Shown: positions 1 through 8,778 of the stretch, in pieces | Position numbering within the stretch: the stretch's first letter is position 1 | Layout: each line of letters begins with the position of its first letter | Made by a program: the position numbers and the translations under genes | The notes under the pieces: generated by a model | Databases searched by the model: none | Seen by the model: the letters and a program-made list of their open reading frames with translations, nothing else | Told to the model about the DNA's origin: nothing | Source of the DNA: an uncultured Bacilli bacterium | GTDB taxonomy: Bacteria > Bacillota_I > Bacilli_A > RF39 > UBA660 | DNA length: 33,699 bases | Reading direction: 5' to 3' | NCBI GenBank assembly: GCA_947594705.1 | Contig: CANQEG010000003.1 | Location: 1 to 33,699, forward strand

Positions 1-61
1 TTTGCATAAAAAAACTTGCAGATTTTAAAAATTGGTATATTTTGCCATTTATTTTGTCATA

Positions 62-71
62 TTTTGTCGAA
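62..71 (+). promoter_or_regulatory. Putative Spo0A box (TTTTGTCGAA) upstream of dnaB
   Basis: TGTCGAA at 65-71 matches the 0A-box consensus TGNCGAA; intergenic; partial TTTTGTCA just upstream. Confidence 0.4.
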
Positions 72-111
72 TGTTCTATATAAGTAAGAAAAAAATTTTC
101 CAAAAAACAAG

Positions 112-140
112 TTGCTCTTAAGATAAATATTTTTTATAAT
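112..140 (+). promoter_or_regulatory. SigA-type promoter of dnaB-dnaI
   Basis: TTGCTC (112-117), 17 nt, TATAAT (135-140); RBS AAGGTGA before ATG 161. Confidence 0.7.
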
Positions 141-160
141 AGAAGAAAGAAGGTGAGAGT

Positions 161-1444
161 ATGCCTATTACATTATTACCCGCTGATGAATATATAGTAA
201 TTCAAAAAACAATTCTTACCGAGTATGATCGTAAAAATTTAGTGAGTTATTATGAACCGATTATTGGCTCTTTTGCTGTAAGTTTATATTTTACTTTTTG
301 GCGAGATTTAGAACGATATCAAAAAGTAAAAACAAGTTATTCTCATCATCATTTAATGACAATTTTAAAAGCTGGTTTAGATCAAATTAAAGAATCTCGA
401 AAAGCATTAGAAGCTATGGGATTACTAAGAACGTATGTAGAAGTTGGAGAACCGAATCATTATGTTTATGAATTATATAGTCCCATGAGTCCCAAAGAAT
501 TTTTTGCAAACCCTATATTTAATGTTGTATTATATAATAATATTGGCGCGAGTGAATATGAATTATTAAAAAAGGAATATGCTTATCCTAGTTTTTCATT
601 AAAAGAGTATCAAGAAATTACAACTTCCTTTGACCATGTTTTTTCTTCTTATTGTGGTGAAAATTATGCGTTTGAATCGTTTGGAAGAGAAGTTTTGCCA
701 TTACAATTTGAAAATCAAATCGATTTTGATTTGTTACTATCTTCGTTACCGAAGGGGATTATCAATGAAAAAACATTTACCAAAAGAACAAAAGAACTGA
801 TTCAACAATTATCTTTTATTTACAATTTAGACACTTTAAAAATGTGTGAAATTTTAAGACTTAGTGTCAATGAAAAAGGGGCAATTGATAAAGAAAATTT
901 AAGAGTCCAAACAAGAAAATATTATCAATATAATCATCAAGGGAAATTGCCTACTTTAGTGTATCGAACCCAGCCTGAGTATTTACGAAGTCCCAAAGGA
1001 GATACTTCTAAGAAAGGACGGATTATTGAAGTATTCGAAACTACGAGTCCGTATGACTTTTTAAAAAGTAAATATAAGAATACTACTCCAACAAGTAGAG
1101 ATTTAAGATTATTAGAAAATCTTATTGTAGATTTAGAATTAAAACCAGCCGTTGTAAATGTTTTAATTGATTATGTATTAAAGAAAAATAATAATAAGTT
1201 AAATACCGCCTTTGTAGAAACGATTGCCGGACAATGGAAGCGTTTAGGAATTGAAACAGCTAAGGATGCAATGGAAGTTGCTGAGAAAGAACATAAAAAA
1301 TATGTCAACAAATTAAGTAAAGTAAGTAGTAAACCAGTGTCAAAAGAAATGCCTGTGTGGTTTGATGAGACCATTGGCAAAGAACAAATGAGTGAAGAAG
1401 AGGAAAGTGAACTCGCTAGTATTTTAGAAAAATATAAAGATTGA
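161..1444 (+). CDS. dnaB: Replication initiation/helicase loader DnaB (Firmicutes type, DnaD/DnaB_2 domain)
   Basis: YEPIIG..A.SLY, LEAMGLL, VVNVLIDYVL and FVETIAGQW motifs; directly upstream of dnaI. Confidence 0.9.
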   Translation: MPITLLPADEYIVIQKTILTEYDRKNLVSYYEPIIGSFAVSLYFTFWRDLERYQKVKTSYSHHHLMTILKAGLDQIKESRKALEAMGLLRTYVEVGEPNHYVYELYSPMSPKEFFANPIFNVVLYNNIGASEYELLKKEYAYPSFSLKEYQEITTSFDHVFSSYCGENYAFESFGREVLPLQFENQIDFDLLLSSLPKGIINEKTFTKRTKELIQQLSFIYNLDTLKMCEILRLSVNEKGAIDKENLRVQTRKYYQYNHQGKLPTLVYRTQPEYLRSPKGDTSKKGRIIEVFETTSPYDFLKSKYKNTTPTSRDLRLLENLIVDLELKPAVVNVLIDYVLKKNNNKLNTAFVETIAGQWKRLGIETAKDAMEVAEKEHKKYVNKLSKVSSKPVSKEMPVWFDETIGKEQMSEEEESELASILEKYKD

Positions 1445-1454
1445 AGGTGAAAAA

Positions 1455-2327
1455 ATGGAAATTGCGTATCGAAAACAAGACCAAGATAGATTAGAAAAAA
1501 ATTTTTTAGAAGCTTGTAAAAATCAAGAATTTGTCTCTTTAATAAAAAAGGTTGGACTAACAAAAGAAGAAGCCCAAAAGAAAACTTCTAAATTAGAAGA
1601 AACCATCAATGAGTTAAATCACTGTAAAGAGTGTAAAGGACTTTACGAATGTAAAAATGTGTATTTGGGACATGTAAGTTATCCTCAAAAAGAAGAAAAT
1701 ATGATTCATTTTACTTATCTTCCTTGTCGTTATAAAAAAGAAGAAATAAAACAACGAAAAAGTGAAACCAAAGTAAATGAACAAGCGAGAATGAAAGATA
1801 TTGATGTAACTGATAAAAAAAGAGTGAAAGTAATTAAATGGTTAGATAAGTTTTATGAAAAATATGATTTTTCAAAACCATTAAAGGGATTATATTTACA
1901 TGGAAATTTTGGTTGTGGAAAAAGCTTTCTTATTGGAGCATTATTAAATGAATTAAAAGAGAAAAAAAATGTTAGTACCGAAATGATTTATTTTCCAGAA
2001 ATTTTAAGAGAACTTAAAAGTGATTGGGAACTATATGAAGCTAAGATGCATCATTATGAAACAGTTGATATTTTATGTATTGATGATATTGGTGCCGAGA
2101 AAGTAACGGACTGGAGTAGAGATGAAGTACTTGGAACTATCTTACAAACAAGAATGAACAGAAATTTGACAACTTTCTTTACATCAAATTTGACAATGGA
2201 AGAATTAGAAAATCATTTTTTAGGAAAGCAAACGATGGAAGACAAAATAAATGCTCGAAGAATAATGGAAAGAATCAAGCAATTAACCGAAGATATGGAA
2301 CTCATTAGTGAAAATAGAAGAAAATAA
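1455..2327 (+). CDS. dnaI: Primosomal helicase loader ATPase DnaI
   Basis: Cys-rich Zn region CKECKGLYEC, Walker A GNFGCGKS, Walker B ILCIDDIGAE, TFFTSN, RIMERI. Confidence 0.92.
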   Translation: MEIAYRKQDQDRLEKNFLEACKNQEFVSLIKKVGLTKEEAQKKTSKLEETINELNHCKECKGLYECKNVYLGHVSYPQKEENMIHFTYLPCRYKKEEIKQRKSETKVNEQARMKDIDVTDKKRVKVIKWLDKFYEKYDFSKPLKGLYLHGNFGCGKSFLIGALLNELKEKKNVSTEMIYFPEILRELKSDWELYEAKMHHYETVDILCIDDIGAEKVTDWSRDEVLGTILQTRMNRNLTTFFTSNLTMEELENHFLGKQTMEDKINARRIMERIKQLTEDMELISENRRK

Positions 2328-2330
2328 CAC

Positions 2331-2609
2331 TTATGAGTTCTTTTTTAAGTTTTGAATTTCTTGTTCCATTTTTTGCAATGCTTTGATAATCGCATCCATT
2401 TGGGCATTACTATTATTTATATTGGTATTTTGCATACGACCTTGAATCAAAGCAATTTGTCCAGCATAAGCAAGAAGATAATCACCTACTAAAACAAGCC
2501 AGTTTCCAATTGTGTTTGCTTCATTTGCTGTAAATTCGGGACTAATGGCCGCGCCTACTAAAGTAGCAGAAAGAGCATATACTTGAGGGTCGATATTGGG
2601 AGGAAAAAT
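2331..2609 (-). CDS. Small hydrophobic/coiled-coil protein (92 aa), ATT start, absent from the ORF track
   Basis: Open frame (M)FPPNIDPQVYALSATLVGAAISPEFTANEANTIGNWLVLVGDYLLAYAGQIALIQG...LKKNS*; AAGGAGG (2624-2618) lies 8 nt before ATT at 2609; fills the dnaI-feoA gap. Confidence 0.75.
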   Translation of the reverse strand: MFPPNIDPQVYALSATLVGAAISPEFTANEANTIGNWLVLVGDYLLAYAGQIALIQGRMQNTNINNSNAQMDAIIKALQKMEQEIQNLKKNS

Positions 2610-2660
2610 AAAAATCGCCTCCTTTTTATTAAAATATATGAAGGAATGAAAAAATATTGA

Positions 2661-2687
2661 ACTTGGTTTTTAGAAAGACATATACTA
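2661..2687 (+). promoter_or_regulatory. Putative SigK-type sporulation promoter upstream of feoAB
   Basis: AC (2661-2662), 16 nt, CATATACTA (2679-2687) matches the AC-16-CATAnnnTA consensus. Confidence 0.45.
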
Positions 2688-2697
2688 CCATAGAAAG

Positions 2698-2934
2698 GTG
2701 GGTATTATGGAGAAAAAACTATCTTTATTAAAACCCCAAGAAACAGGAAAAATTAGTAAAATATTTTTAGAAGAACCGAAATATTTAAAAGGCTTTTCCT
2801 TGGGAATTATAAAAAATAATCAAATAAAATGTATGTATCAAAGTCCTTTTCAAAGTCCCATTTGTTATAAAATCAATGGATGTATGTTTTCTCTTCGAAA
2901 AGAAGATGCCGATGATATTTTGGTGGAAGTATGA
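2698..2934 (+). CDS. feoA: Ferrous iron transport protein A (start may be ATG 2707)
   Basis: LSLLKPQETGKI...SLGI...SPFQSPICYKING..FSLRKEDA pattern; ATGA overlap with feoB. Confidence 0.85.
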   Translation: MGIMEKKLSLLKPQETGKISKIFLEEPKYLKGFSLGIIKNNQIKCMYQSPFQSPICYKINGCMFSLRKEDADDILVEV

Positions 2935-4889
2935 AAAGAGTGTGTTTGATTGGAAATCCCAATGTCGGAAAATCCTCTTTATTTAATCTTTTAACGAAAA
3001 AAAATCAACATACAGGAAATTGGACTGGAAAAACAGTAGAAAATGAATATGCGCATTTTTGGGCAAATAATGAATTATGGGAAATTGTCGATTTGCCGGG
3101 AACTTATTCTTTAATTGGCGAAAGTAAAGAAGAATGTATTGCGAGCAATTTTGTTTTGGAGAATCATTATGATGTTGCTTTTATCGTAGCAGATGCAACC
3201 AATTTAGAAAGAAGTATGAATTTAATATTAGAAGTTTTAGATGCAACAAAAAATTGTATTGTTATCTTAAATTTAATGGATGAAGCCAAAAAAGAACAAA
3301 TTGAAATTGATACAGAACAATTATCTACTTTATTAAAAGTACCAGTGATAGAAACAAGTATGAAAGAAGAAACGGGAATGAATGAATTATTCACACTTCT
3401 AAACAATTTTTCTTCTTCTCCTATAACAATTTCTCATTCTCCTAAAATAACACATTATTTGGATTGGATTTTACCCAAAATGAAAGAAGCAAACACAGCT
3501 TTGGCTTTTCGTTATTTAAGAGAACCAAATCTTATTTTGCATGAATTAGAAGAAAAAGAAAAAACAATTTTAAAATTTTATCAACACTATATTACTCAAA
3601 CAGAAATATTAGAAAGTTATCATGAATTTGGCAAATCAATACTAAGGGAAACATATAGTCGTAAAAAATATCAAGAAAAAAAAGAAGATAAGTTTTGGAA
3701 TCATGTCTTTGGCAATCGTTTTCTTAGTTTTTTTACTTTATTTCTTTTATTATTTGTTTTATTATTTTTAACCATTTATTTATCTAATATTCCTTCGGAG
3801 TTTTTATTTCAAATTTTTCAAAAATTAGAACCATTCCTTCAAAACCTTTTCTTTTTTCTTCCTTCTTCTGTAAAAAATACATTCATCTATGGGGGTTATC
3901 GAACACTTTATTGGGTTGTCTCGGTTATGTTACCACCGATGATGATATTTTTTCCTTTATTTTCGTTATTAGAAGATTATGGATTACTACCAAGAATTGC
4001 CTTTCAATTAGATTATCCATTTTCAAAATGTGGTTCTTGTGGAAAACAAAGTTTAACGATGTGTATGGGTCTAGGTTGTAATGCGGTTGGAGTTACCGGA
4101 GCAAGAATCATGGAAAGTAAAAAAATGCGCCTTTTAGCGATTTTAACCAATGTTTTTATGCCATGTAATGGGAGATTTCCCGCCATGATTAGTATGATTG
4201 GAATGTTTTTTGTAAAAAATCATTCGTTCTTAGGAAGTATTTATTCTGCTTTTATCTTAGTATGCATTATTTTATTTGGAATTTTTCTTACTTTTTTCGT
4301 TACCTATATATTAAGCAAATGTATTTATAAAAAAGAAAATCCGATGTTTCTATTAGAAATGCCATCTTTTCGACGACCTAAAATTTGGCAAACGATAAAA
4401 AATGCTTGGAAAGAAAAAGCTTTCCATGTCTTAAAAAGAGCAATGATTGTTTCCTTTCCAGCTGGAATTTTTATTTATTTAATCGCAAATATTATGATAA
4501 ATGGTTCTTCTATTTTTGAGATATTGATTACAATTTTTAATTTTTGGGGACCTTTTTTTGGAGTAGATGGTGTCATATTGTTAGCATTTTTATTAGGATT
4601 ACCCGCGAATGAAATTGTTATTCCTATTTTATTATTAGGTTATACGAGAGGAGGAATGTTAGTAGAATATAGTAGTGTGGCTAGCATTAAAGCTATTTTA
4701 CTACAAAATCATTGGACAATTTCGACAGCAATTTCGTTTCTTATTTTATCTTTATGTCATTTTCCATGCGCAACAACTCTTTTAACGATAAAAAAAGAAA
4801 CAAATAGTTTGTTTTATACGGTATTAGCTTTTCTCATTCCTACATTTCTAGGACTATTCCTTTGTTTTCTTTTTCATTTATGGGTATAA
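2931..4889 (+). CDS. feoB: Ferrous iron transporter FeoB
   Basis: G1 GNPNVGKS, GNWTGKTVE, DLPG, NLMD; membrane gate motifs MGLGCNA, FMPCNGRF, HFPCATT. Confidence 0.95.
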   Translation: MKRVCLIGNPNVGKSSLFNLLTKKNQHTGNWTGKTVENEYAHFWANNELWEIVDLPGTYSLIGESKEECIASNFVLENHYDVAFIVADATNLERSMNLILEVLDATKNCIVILNLMDEAKKEQIEIDTEQLSTLLKVPVIETSMKEETGMNELFTLLNNFSSSPITISHSPKITHYLDWILPKMKEANTALAFRYLREPNLILHELEEKEKTILKFYQHYITQTEILESYHEFGKSILRETYSRKKYQEKKEDKFWNHVFGNRFLSFFTLFLLLFVLLFLTIYLSNIPSEFLFQIFQKLEPFLQNLFFFLPSSVKNTFIYGGYRTLYWVVSVMLPPMMIFFPLFSLLEDYGLLPRIAFQLDYPFSKCGSCGKQSLTMCMGLGCNAVGVTGARIMESKKMRLLAILTNVFMPCNGRFPAMISMIGMFFVKNHSFLGSIYSAFILVCIILFGIFLTFFVTYILSKCIYKKENPMFLLEMPSFRRPKIWQTIKNAWKEKAFHVLKRAMIVSFPAGIFIYLIANIMINGSSIFEILITIFNFWGPFFGVDGVILLAFLLGLPANEIVIPILLLGYTRGGMLVEYSSVASIKAILLQNHWTISTAISFLILSLCHFPCATTLLTIKKETNSLFYTVLAFLIPTFLGLFLCFLFHLWV

Positions 4890-4911
4890 AAAAAAATAAG
4901 TTCAAGTGAGC

Positions 4912-5358
4912 TTATTTTTCTTCTTCAATAACTTTTTTTTCTTTCTTTTTTTCATCTTTTGTTGGCATTTTTTCAGAAATTTCCATTAATCTTTTATGAA
5001 TCATTAAGATGAGTAAAGCACTTTCAAAAACAAGACGAGCGACAACATTTCCTACAATTAATACAACAATGAAAGCAATCACACTAGTCGAAATATAACT
5101 GAAGGAAGAAATTGTGATATAAATTGCTACAAAAAGATAACAAATTTTTAAAATAGATTCTAAAGACATTACTTTAAAACTTAAAAAATCATAAATCTTT
5201 TTGGTTGTGCCTGTATAATGTTCGGCATTTTTAGGATTTAAAAATGTAAAAAATAATACAATTGCAGCACACAAAGCAACTAAAATACTAACAACTGTCC
5301 AAACGCTTGCATCATTAATAGATGATGTAGTTCTATACAAATCAGTATTGTAATACAT
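4912..5358 (-). CDS. Small three-TM membrane protein (DUF4282-like C-terminus)
   Basis: Three hydrophobic segments; RLVFE..L.IH..L..I motif; RBS AGGAG upstream. Confidence 0.7.
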   Translation of the reverse strand: MYYNTDLYRTTSSINDASVWTVVSILVALCAAIVLFFTFLNPKNAEHYTGTTKKIYDFLSFKVMSLESILKICYLFVAIYITISSFSYISTSVIAFIVVLIVGNVVARLVFESALLILMIHKRLMEISEKMPTKDEKKKEKKVIEEEK

Positions 5359-5533
5359 AAATACAAGAACTCCTTTCTAAAAATATCTTATCAAATTCTA
5401 TGAGTAAAAACAATAAAAAATACAAAACTTTTACACAATAAATAGTTCTTTTATACATTTGTAAGATGTGATATAATAGCAAAATAAATATTTCTAAAGC
5501 AAAGAAAAATATTAATAGAAAGGATGCCTTTTC

Positions 5534-5992
5534 ATGAATAAAGTTACACATAATTTAGCAACGATTTGTTATTTAAAACAAGAAGATAAAGTATTAATGT
5601 TAAAATTTTATAATAAATGGAATAAAGTGTATGCTCCACCGGGAGGAAAATTAGAAACAAACGAAACTCCTTTGGAGTGTATTTTAAGAGAATATAAAGA
5701 AGAAACGGGACTTACTTTAATCAATCCGAAATTACAAGGAATATCTTACTGGAAAGACCAAGAAGAAGGAATTATTTTTGTGTATGTTTGTGAAACCTAT
5801 GAAGGAGTATTGGGTGGAGATAATCTTGAAGGAAAATTAGAGTGGACCCAGTTAGAAGAATTATTAAACTTAAATCAATTTTCTCAAAATAAAATTTTTA
5901 CTCCTTATCTTTTTCAAGAACAATTATTTGAAGGAAAATTTTTATTAGATGATGAGTGCAATGTATTAAAATATACAATGCGTAAAATGTAA
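5534..5992 (+). CDS. NUDIX hydrolase (MutT/MutX-like)
   Basis: Nudix box GGKLETNETPLECILREYKEETG. Confidence 0.9.
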   Translation: MNKVTHNLATICYLKQEDKVLMLKFYNKWNKVYAPPGGKLETNETPLECILREYKEETGLTLINPKLQGISYWKDQEEGIIFVYVCETYEGVLGGDNLEGKLEWTQLEELLNLNQFSQNKIFTPYLFQEQLFEGKFLLDDECNVLKYTMRKM

Positions 5993-6008
5993 AGAAAAGA
6001 GTGTTGAT

Positions 6009-6572
6009 ATGAAAACAATCATGGTAGATATGGATGATGTAATTACTTATGGAAAATTTACTCAAATACTAGAAGATTATCTTGGCTATAAACCAAATTA
6101 TAAAAGTTTAAAAGGGTATTATGTACAAGATTTATTAAAAGAGAAAAAAGATGATTTTTTTCAAAAATTTAAAGATATGAATATGTATGATGGAGCAAGA
6201 CTTTTACCGAATTGTTATGATGTGTTAAAAAAATTAAGTGAAGTATATGAAATTTATATTTGTACGGATTATATATGGCGAGAAATTATCGAGTATGCTG
6301 GAAATAATTTGAAAAATAAATATGATTTTTTATATCATAAATTAGATTTTTTAGATCCTCGTAATTTTATTTTTTCTTATCATAAATCACTCATTCAATG
6401 TGATATTAAAATAGATGATAAAATAGAGCATTTAAGTGGAGCAAAACAAAAATTATTATTTACGGCGTATCATAATAAAAATATGAGTGAAGAAAAGTTA
6501 AAAGAAGAAAATGTAATTCGTGTCAATAACTGGAAAGAGATTGAAAGACTTCTTTTAACAAAAGAAAAATAA
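6009..6572 (+). CDS. 5'(3')-deoxyribonucleotidase, HAD/NT5C family
   Basis: HAD motif I VDMDDVI, K.LI.CDIKIDD and LLFTAYHN motifs. Confidence 0.85.
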   Translation: MKTIMVDMDDVITYGKFTQILEDYLGYKPNYKSLKGYYVQDLLKEKKDDFFQKFKDMNMYDGARLLPNCYDVLKKLSEVYEIYICTDYIWREIIEYAGNNLKNKYDFLYHKLDFLDPRNFIFSYHKSLIQCDIKIDDKIEHLSGAKQKLLFTAYHNKNMSEEKLKEENVIRVNNWKEIERLLLTKEK

Positions 6573-6601
6573 ATATAAAACTTTTATTGCGGACTAACTC
6601 A

Positions 6602-6610
6602 TGATATAAT
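6602..6610 (+). promoter_or_regulatory. Extended -10 promoter of the hydrolase gene
   Basis: TGATATAAT; RBS GGTGGTGA before ATG 6635. Confidence 0.55.
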
Positions 6611-6634
6611 ACTACTAGATTTGGTGGTGATAAA

Positions 6635-8764
6635 ATGGATCCATTGGATGAGAATGAAGTAGAACCTGAAGAAGTGAAGGAAGAAAATCAAGTGCCTGTT
6701 GAAATGGAGTTAGAACCACCAAAAAAAGACTTAGTTGCTGAAGGTAGTAAAAAATTAATTCAAAAATTATTAAAAAATCCATTTGTACTAGGATTTAGCG
6801 GATTATTTTTGTTTTTATTATTTTTAATTTTTTTAAGTGCTATTACAGAATCGAATGAAACAAATAATATTCCTTATAAAGAAAATGTAGGGTGTGAAAG
6901 TGTAACAGTTACTTATGATCCTTATAATGAAGAACAAGCAAGTTCTAGTGAAACTATGGATTTGGAAACTTATGTTAAATCAGCAGTGTATGAATATTCA
7001 AAAGATATCAAAGAAAAGGTAGATATGCAAAACTATTATTATGCTCTTGCTGTTGCGGTACGAACAGAAGTTATTGCGAATAGTTGTAAAATTACCTACC
7101 GAGATAAAAAATTAAGTAAATCCGTTCCAAGCGATAAAGATATAGATAATGCTTTAGAATTATCGGAAGGAGTTATTTTAACAGATTTAGAGGAAAATAT
7201 TGTTTCTTCAAAAGTAAGTGATTTTTGTTGGAATCAAAAAGAAGAACAAGAGAAAATGGAATATCAAATTTATCAGGCCAATCATTTTCCAGTTCCCATT
7301 TCTTTTATTGAAAGCAATTTAGCAAATGAAGTATATAAAAGTTGTCAATGTAATTATAAAACTTCTGTAGAAGAAGGAGATTGTGATGCAGAACTTTGTT
7401 ACGAAAAATGGGTCATTGAAACAGATGAGGAAACGGGAGAACCCATTTTATGTGGAATGGCTTGGCGACATCAAGATGATACTACTGGTTATAGTGTGTT
7501 AGGGTCTTATTATATTTTTAGACAATATGGAAGAGATCATAAAGGTTTGTTAAGTTACTTTTTTGGAAATGATACCAAATATATGACCATTAAAAAAGGA
7601 AAAGTGGAAGATACAACTTTGGCGAATCAGACCAATTGTTCTGAATTTAGTTTGACAACTACTTCTTTAACCAAAGAACAATTTATTGAAAAAGTGAATC
7701 AATTTCATTCGAGTGAATCGGCTTGGAAATTGTTCCAACAAAATGCTGGAAATATCTATGATATTGCGATTGCCAATCAAGCGAATCCTGAGATGATTAT
7801 GGTAAGGGCAAATTTGGAAGGGTTTTCTCCTGGGGGTTCTACTTATAATTATTTTGGAATTAGATGTTATAATGAAAGTCCTGAATCTTGTGAACATTAT
7901 AAATCCTTTGATGATGGTATATTAGGGTTTATCAAGGCTATCAAAAAATATGAATCTTTTGAACAGATGTATAGCAGTTATGCATATTTAGGAGATTATT
8001 GGTATAATCCTGGAAGTTGGGGATTAGGTGGATGTGCTTATGCCCATGAAATATACCCAGATGGTTTGGATTCTTATGTTCAAGATGCTTGTTCAGAGGC
8101 TAGAAAAGGAAATTGTACTAAGAGCAATAAAAGTATGTGTGTTGTAACTAGAGAAGAAGATCGAAATGCCTACTATCGTTATCAAGGAAGAAAAATGACC
8201 GATATGCGAGAAAGAATTTTTGGAATTTCTTCTGATAGTTGTACAAATAATACGTTAAATTATGGAAAATGTACTATTTTTAATCAAAGCGATCCAAGAT
8301 GGAAAAGTGAACAACTAGGATTTGGTAGTTCCACAATGGGAAATGCTGGATGTGCAGTAACTTCTGTTGCGATTGCCCTAACATGTACTGGAGAAGTAAC
8401 CGATAGTAATTTTTCTCCTCAACTACTAAATGAACGTTTAAAAGCAAAAAATGGTTTTAGTGGTTCATTAATTTATTGGGACAATGAAGCAATTCGTGAT
8501 TTTGTACCAAACTTTAATTTGGGAAACACCTATTCGATTAGTGCAGTAGATTCTATGGAAAGTAAAATTGAAAAATTAAAAACAGGGTTAGAGCCTAATA
8601 GAATTGGAATTGTTCATTTAAATTCCACTAGTGCAGGACATTTTGTAGTATTACAAAAAATTAATGAAGATAGTCATACCATTTCGGTTTTAGATCCTGC
8701 GGGGGGAAAAACAAATACATATTCACTTATGAATGTCGATGGATTTAAATACTATACATATTAG
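6635..8764 (+). CDS. Membrane-anchored multidomain cell-wall hydrolase: degenerate SpoIID/LytB-like, GH73 glucosaminidase-like and C39-like cysteine peptidase domains
   Basis: TM FVLGFSGLFLFLLFLIFL; MDLETYVKSAVYE...ALAVAVRT and ...LLSYFFG; ANLEG...YNYFGI...YKSFDDGI; NQSDPRW...GCAVTS...GHFVVL...DPA. Confidence 0.7.
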   Translation: MDPLDENEVEPEEVKEENQVPVEMELEPPKKDLVAEGSKKLIQKLLKNPFVLGFSGLFLFLLFLIFLSAITESNETNNIPYKENVGCESVTVTYDPYNEEQASSSETMDLETYVKSAVYEYSKDIKEKVDMQNYYYALAVAVRTEVIANSCKITYRDKKLSKSVPSDKDIDNALELSEGVILTDLEENIVSSKVSDFCWNQKEEQEKMEYQIYQANHFPVPISFIESNLANEVYKSCQCNYKTSVEEGDCDAELCYEKWVIETDEETGEPILCGMAWRHQDDTTGYSVLGSYYIFRQYGRDHKGLLSYFFGNDTKYMTIKKGKVEDTTLANQTNCSEFSLTTTSLTKEQFIEKVNQFHSSESAWKLFQQNAGNIYDIAIANQANPEMIMVRANLEGFSPGGSTYNYFGIRCYNESPESCEHYKSFDDGILGFIKAIKKYESFEQMYSSYAYLGDYWYNPGSWGLGGCAYAHEIYPDGLDSYVQDACSEARKGNCTKSNKSMCVVTREEDRNAYYRYQGRKMTDMRERIFGISSDSCTNNTLNYGKCTIFNQSDPRWKSEQLGFGSSTMGNAGCAVTSVAIALTCTGEVTDSNFSPQLLNERLKAKNGFSGSLIYWDNEAIRDFVPNFNLGNTYSISAVDSMESKIEKLKTGLEPNRIGIVHLNSTSAGHFVVLQKINEDSHTISVLDPAGGKTNTYSLMNVDGFKYYTY

Positions 8765-8778
8765 AAAGGAAAAGAAAA

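Noticed and set aside
1171-1563. 130-aa minus-strand ORF, and similar antisense ORFs at 3167, 7667, 9199, 10942, 11299, 13048, 13454, 14565, 16123-18153, 24621, 29883 and 30825
   Set aside because: Shadows of well-supported plus-strand genes, with no recognisable motifs
5342-5551. 69-aa minus-strand ORF across a divergent intergenic region
   Set aside because: Low-complexity AT-rich translation overlapping promoter elements and both neighbouring starts
8701-8706. G6 run near the hydrolase 3' end (also G6 near 16133)
   Set aside because: Short, in frame and encoding Gly-Gly; unlikely contingency tracts
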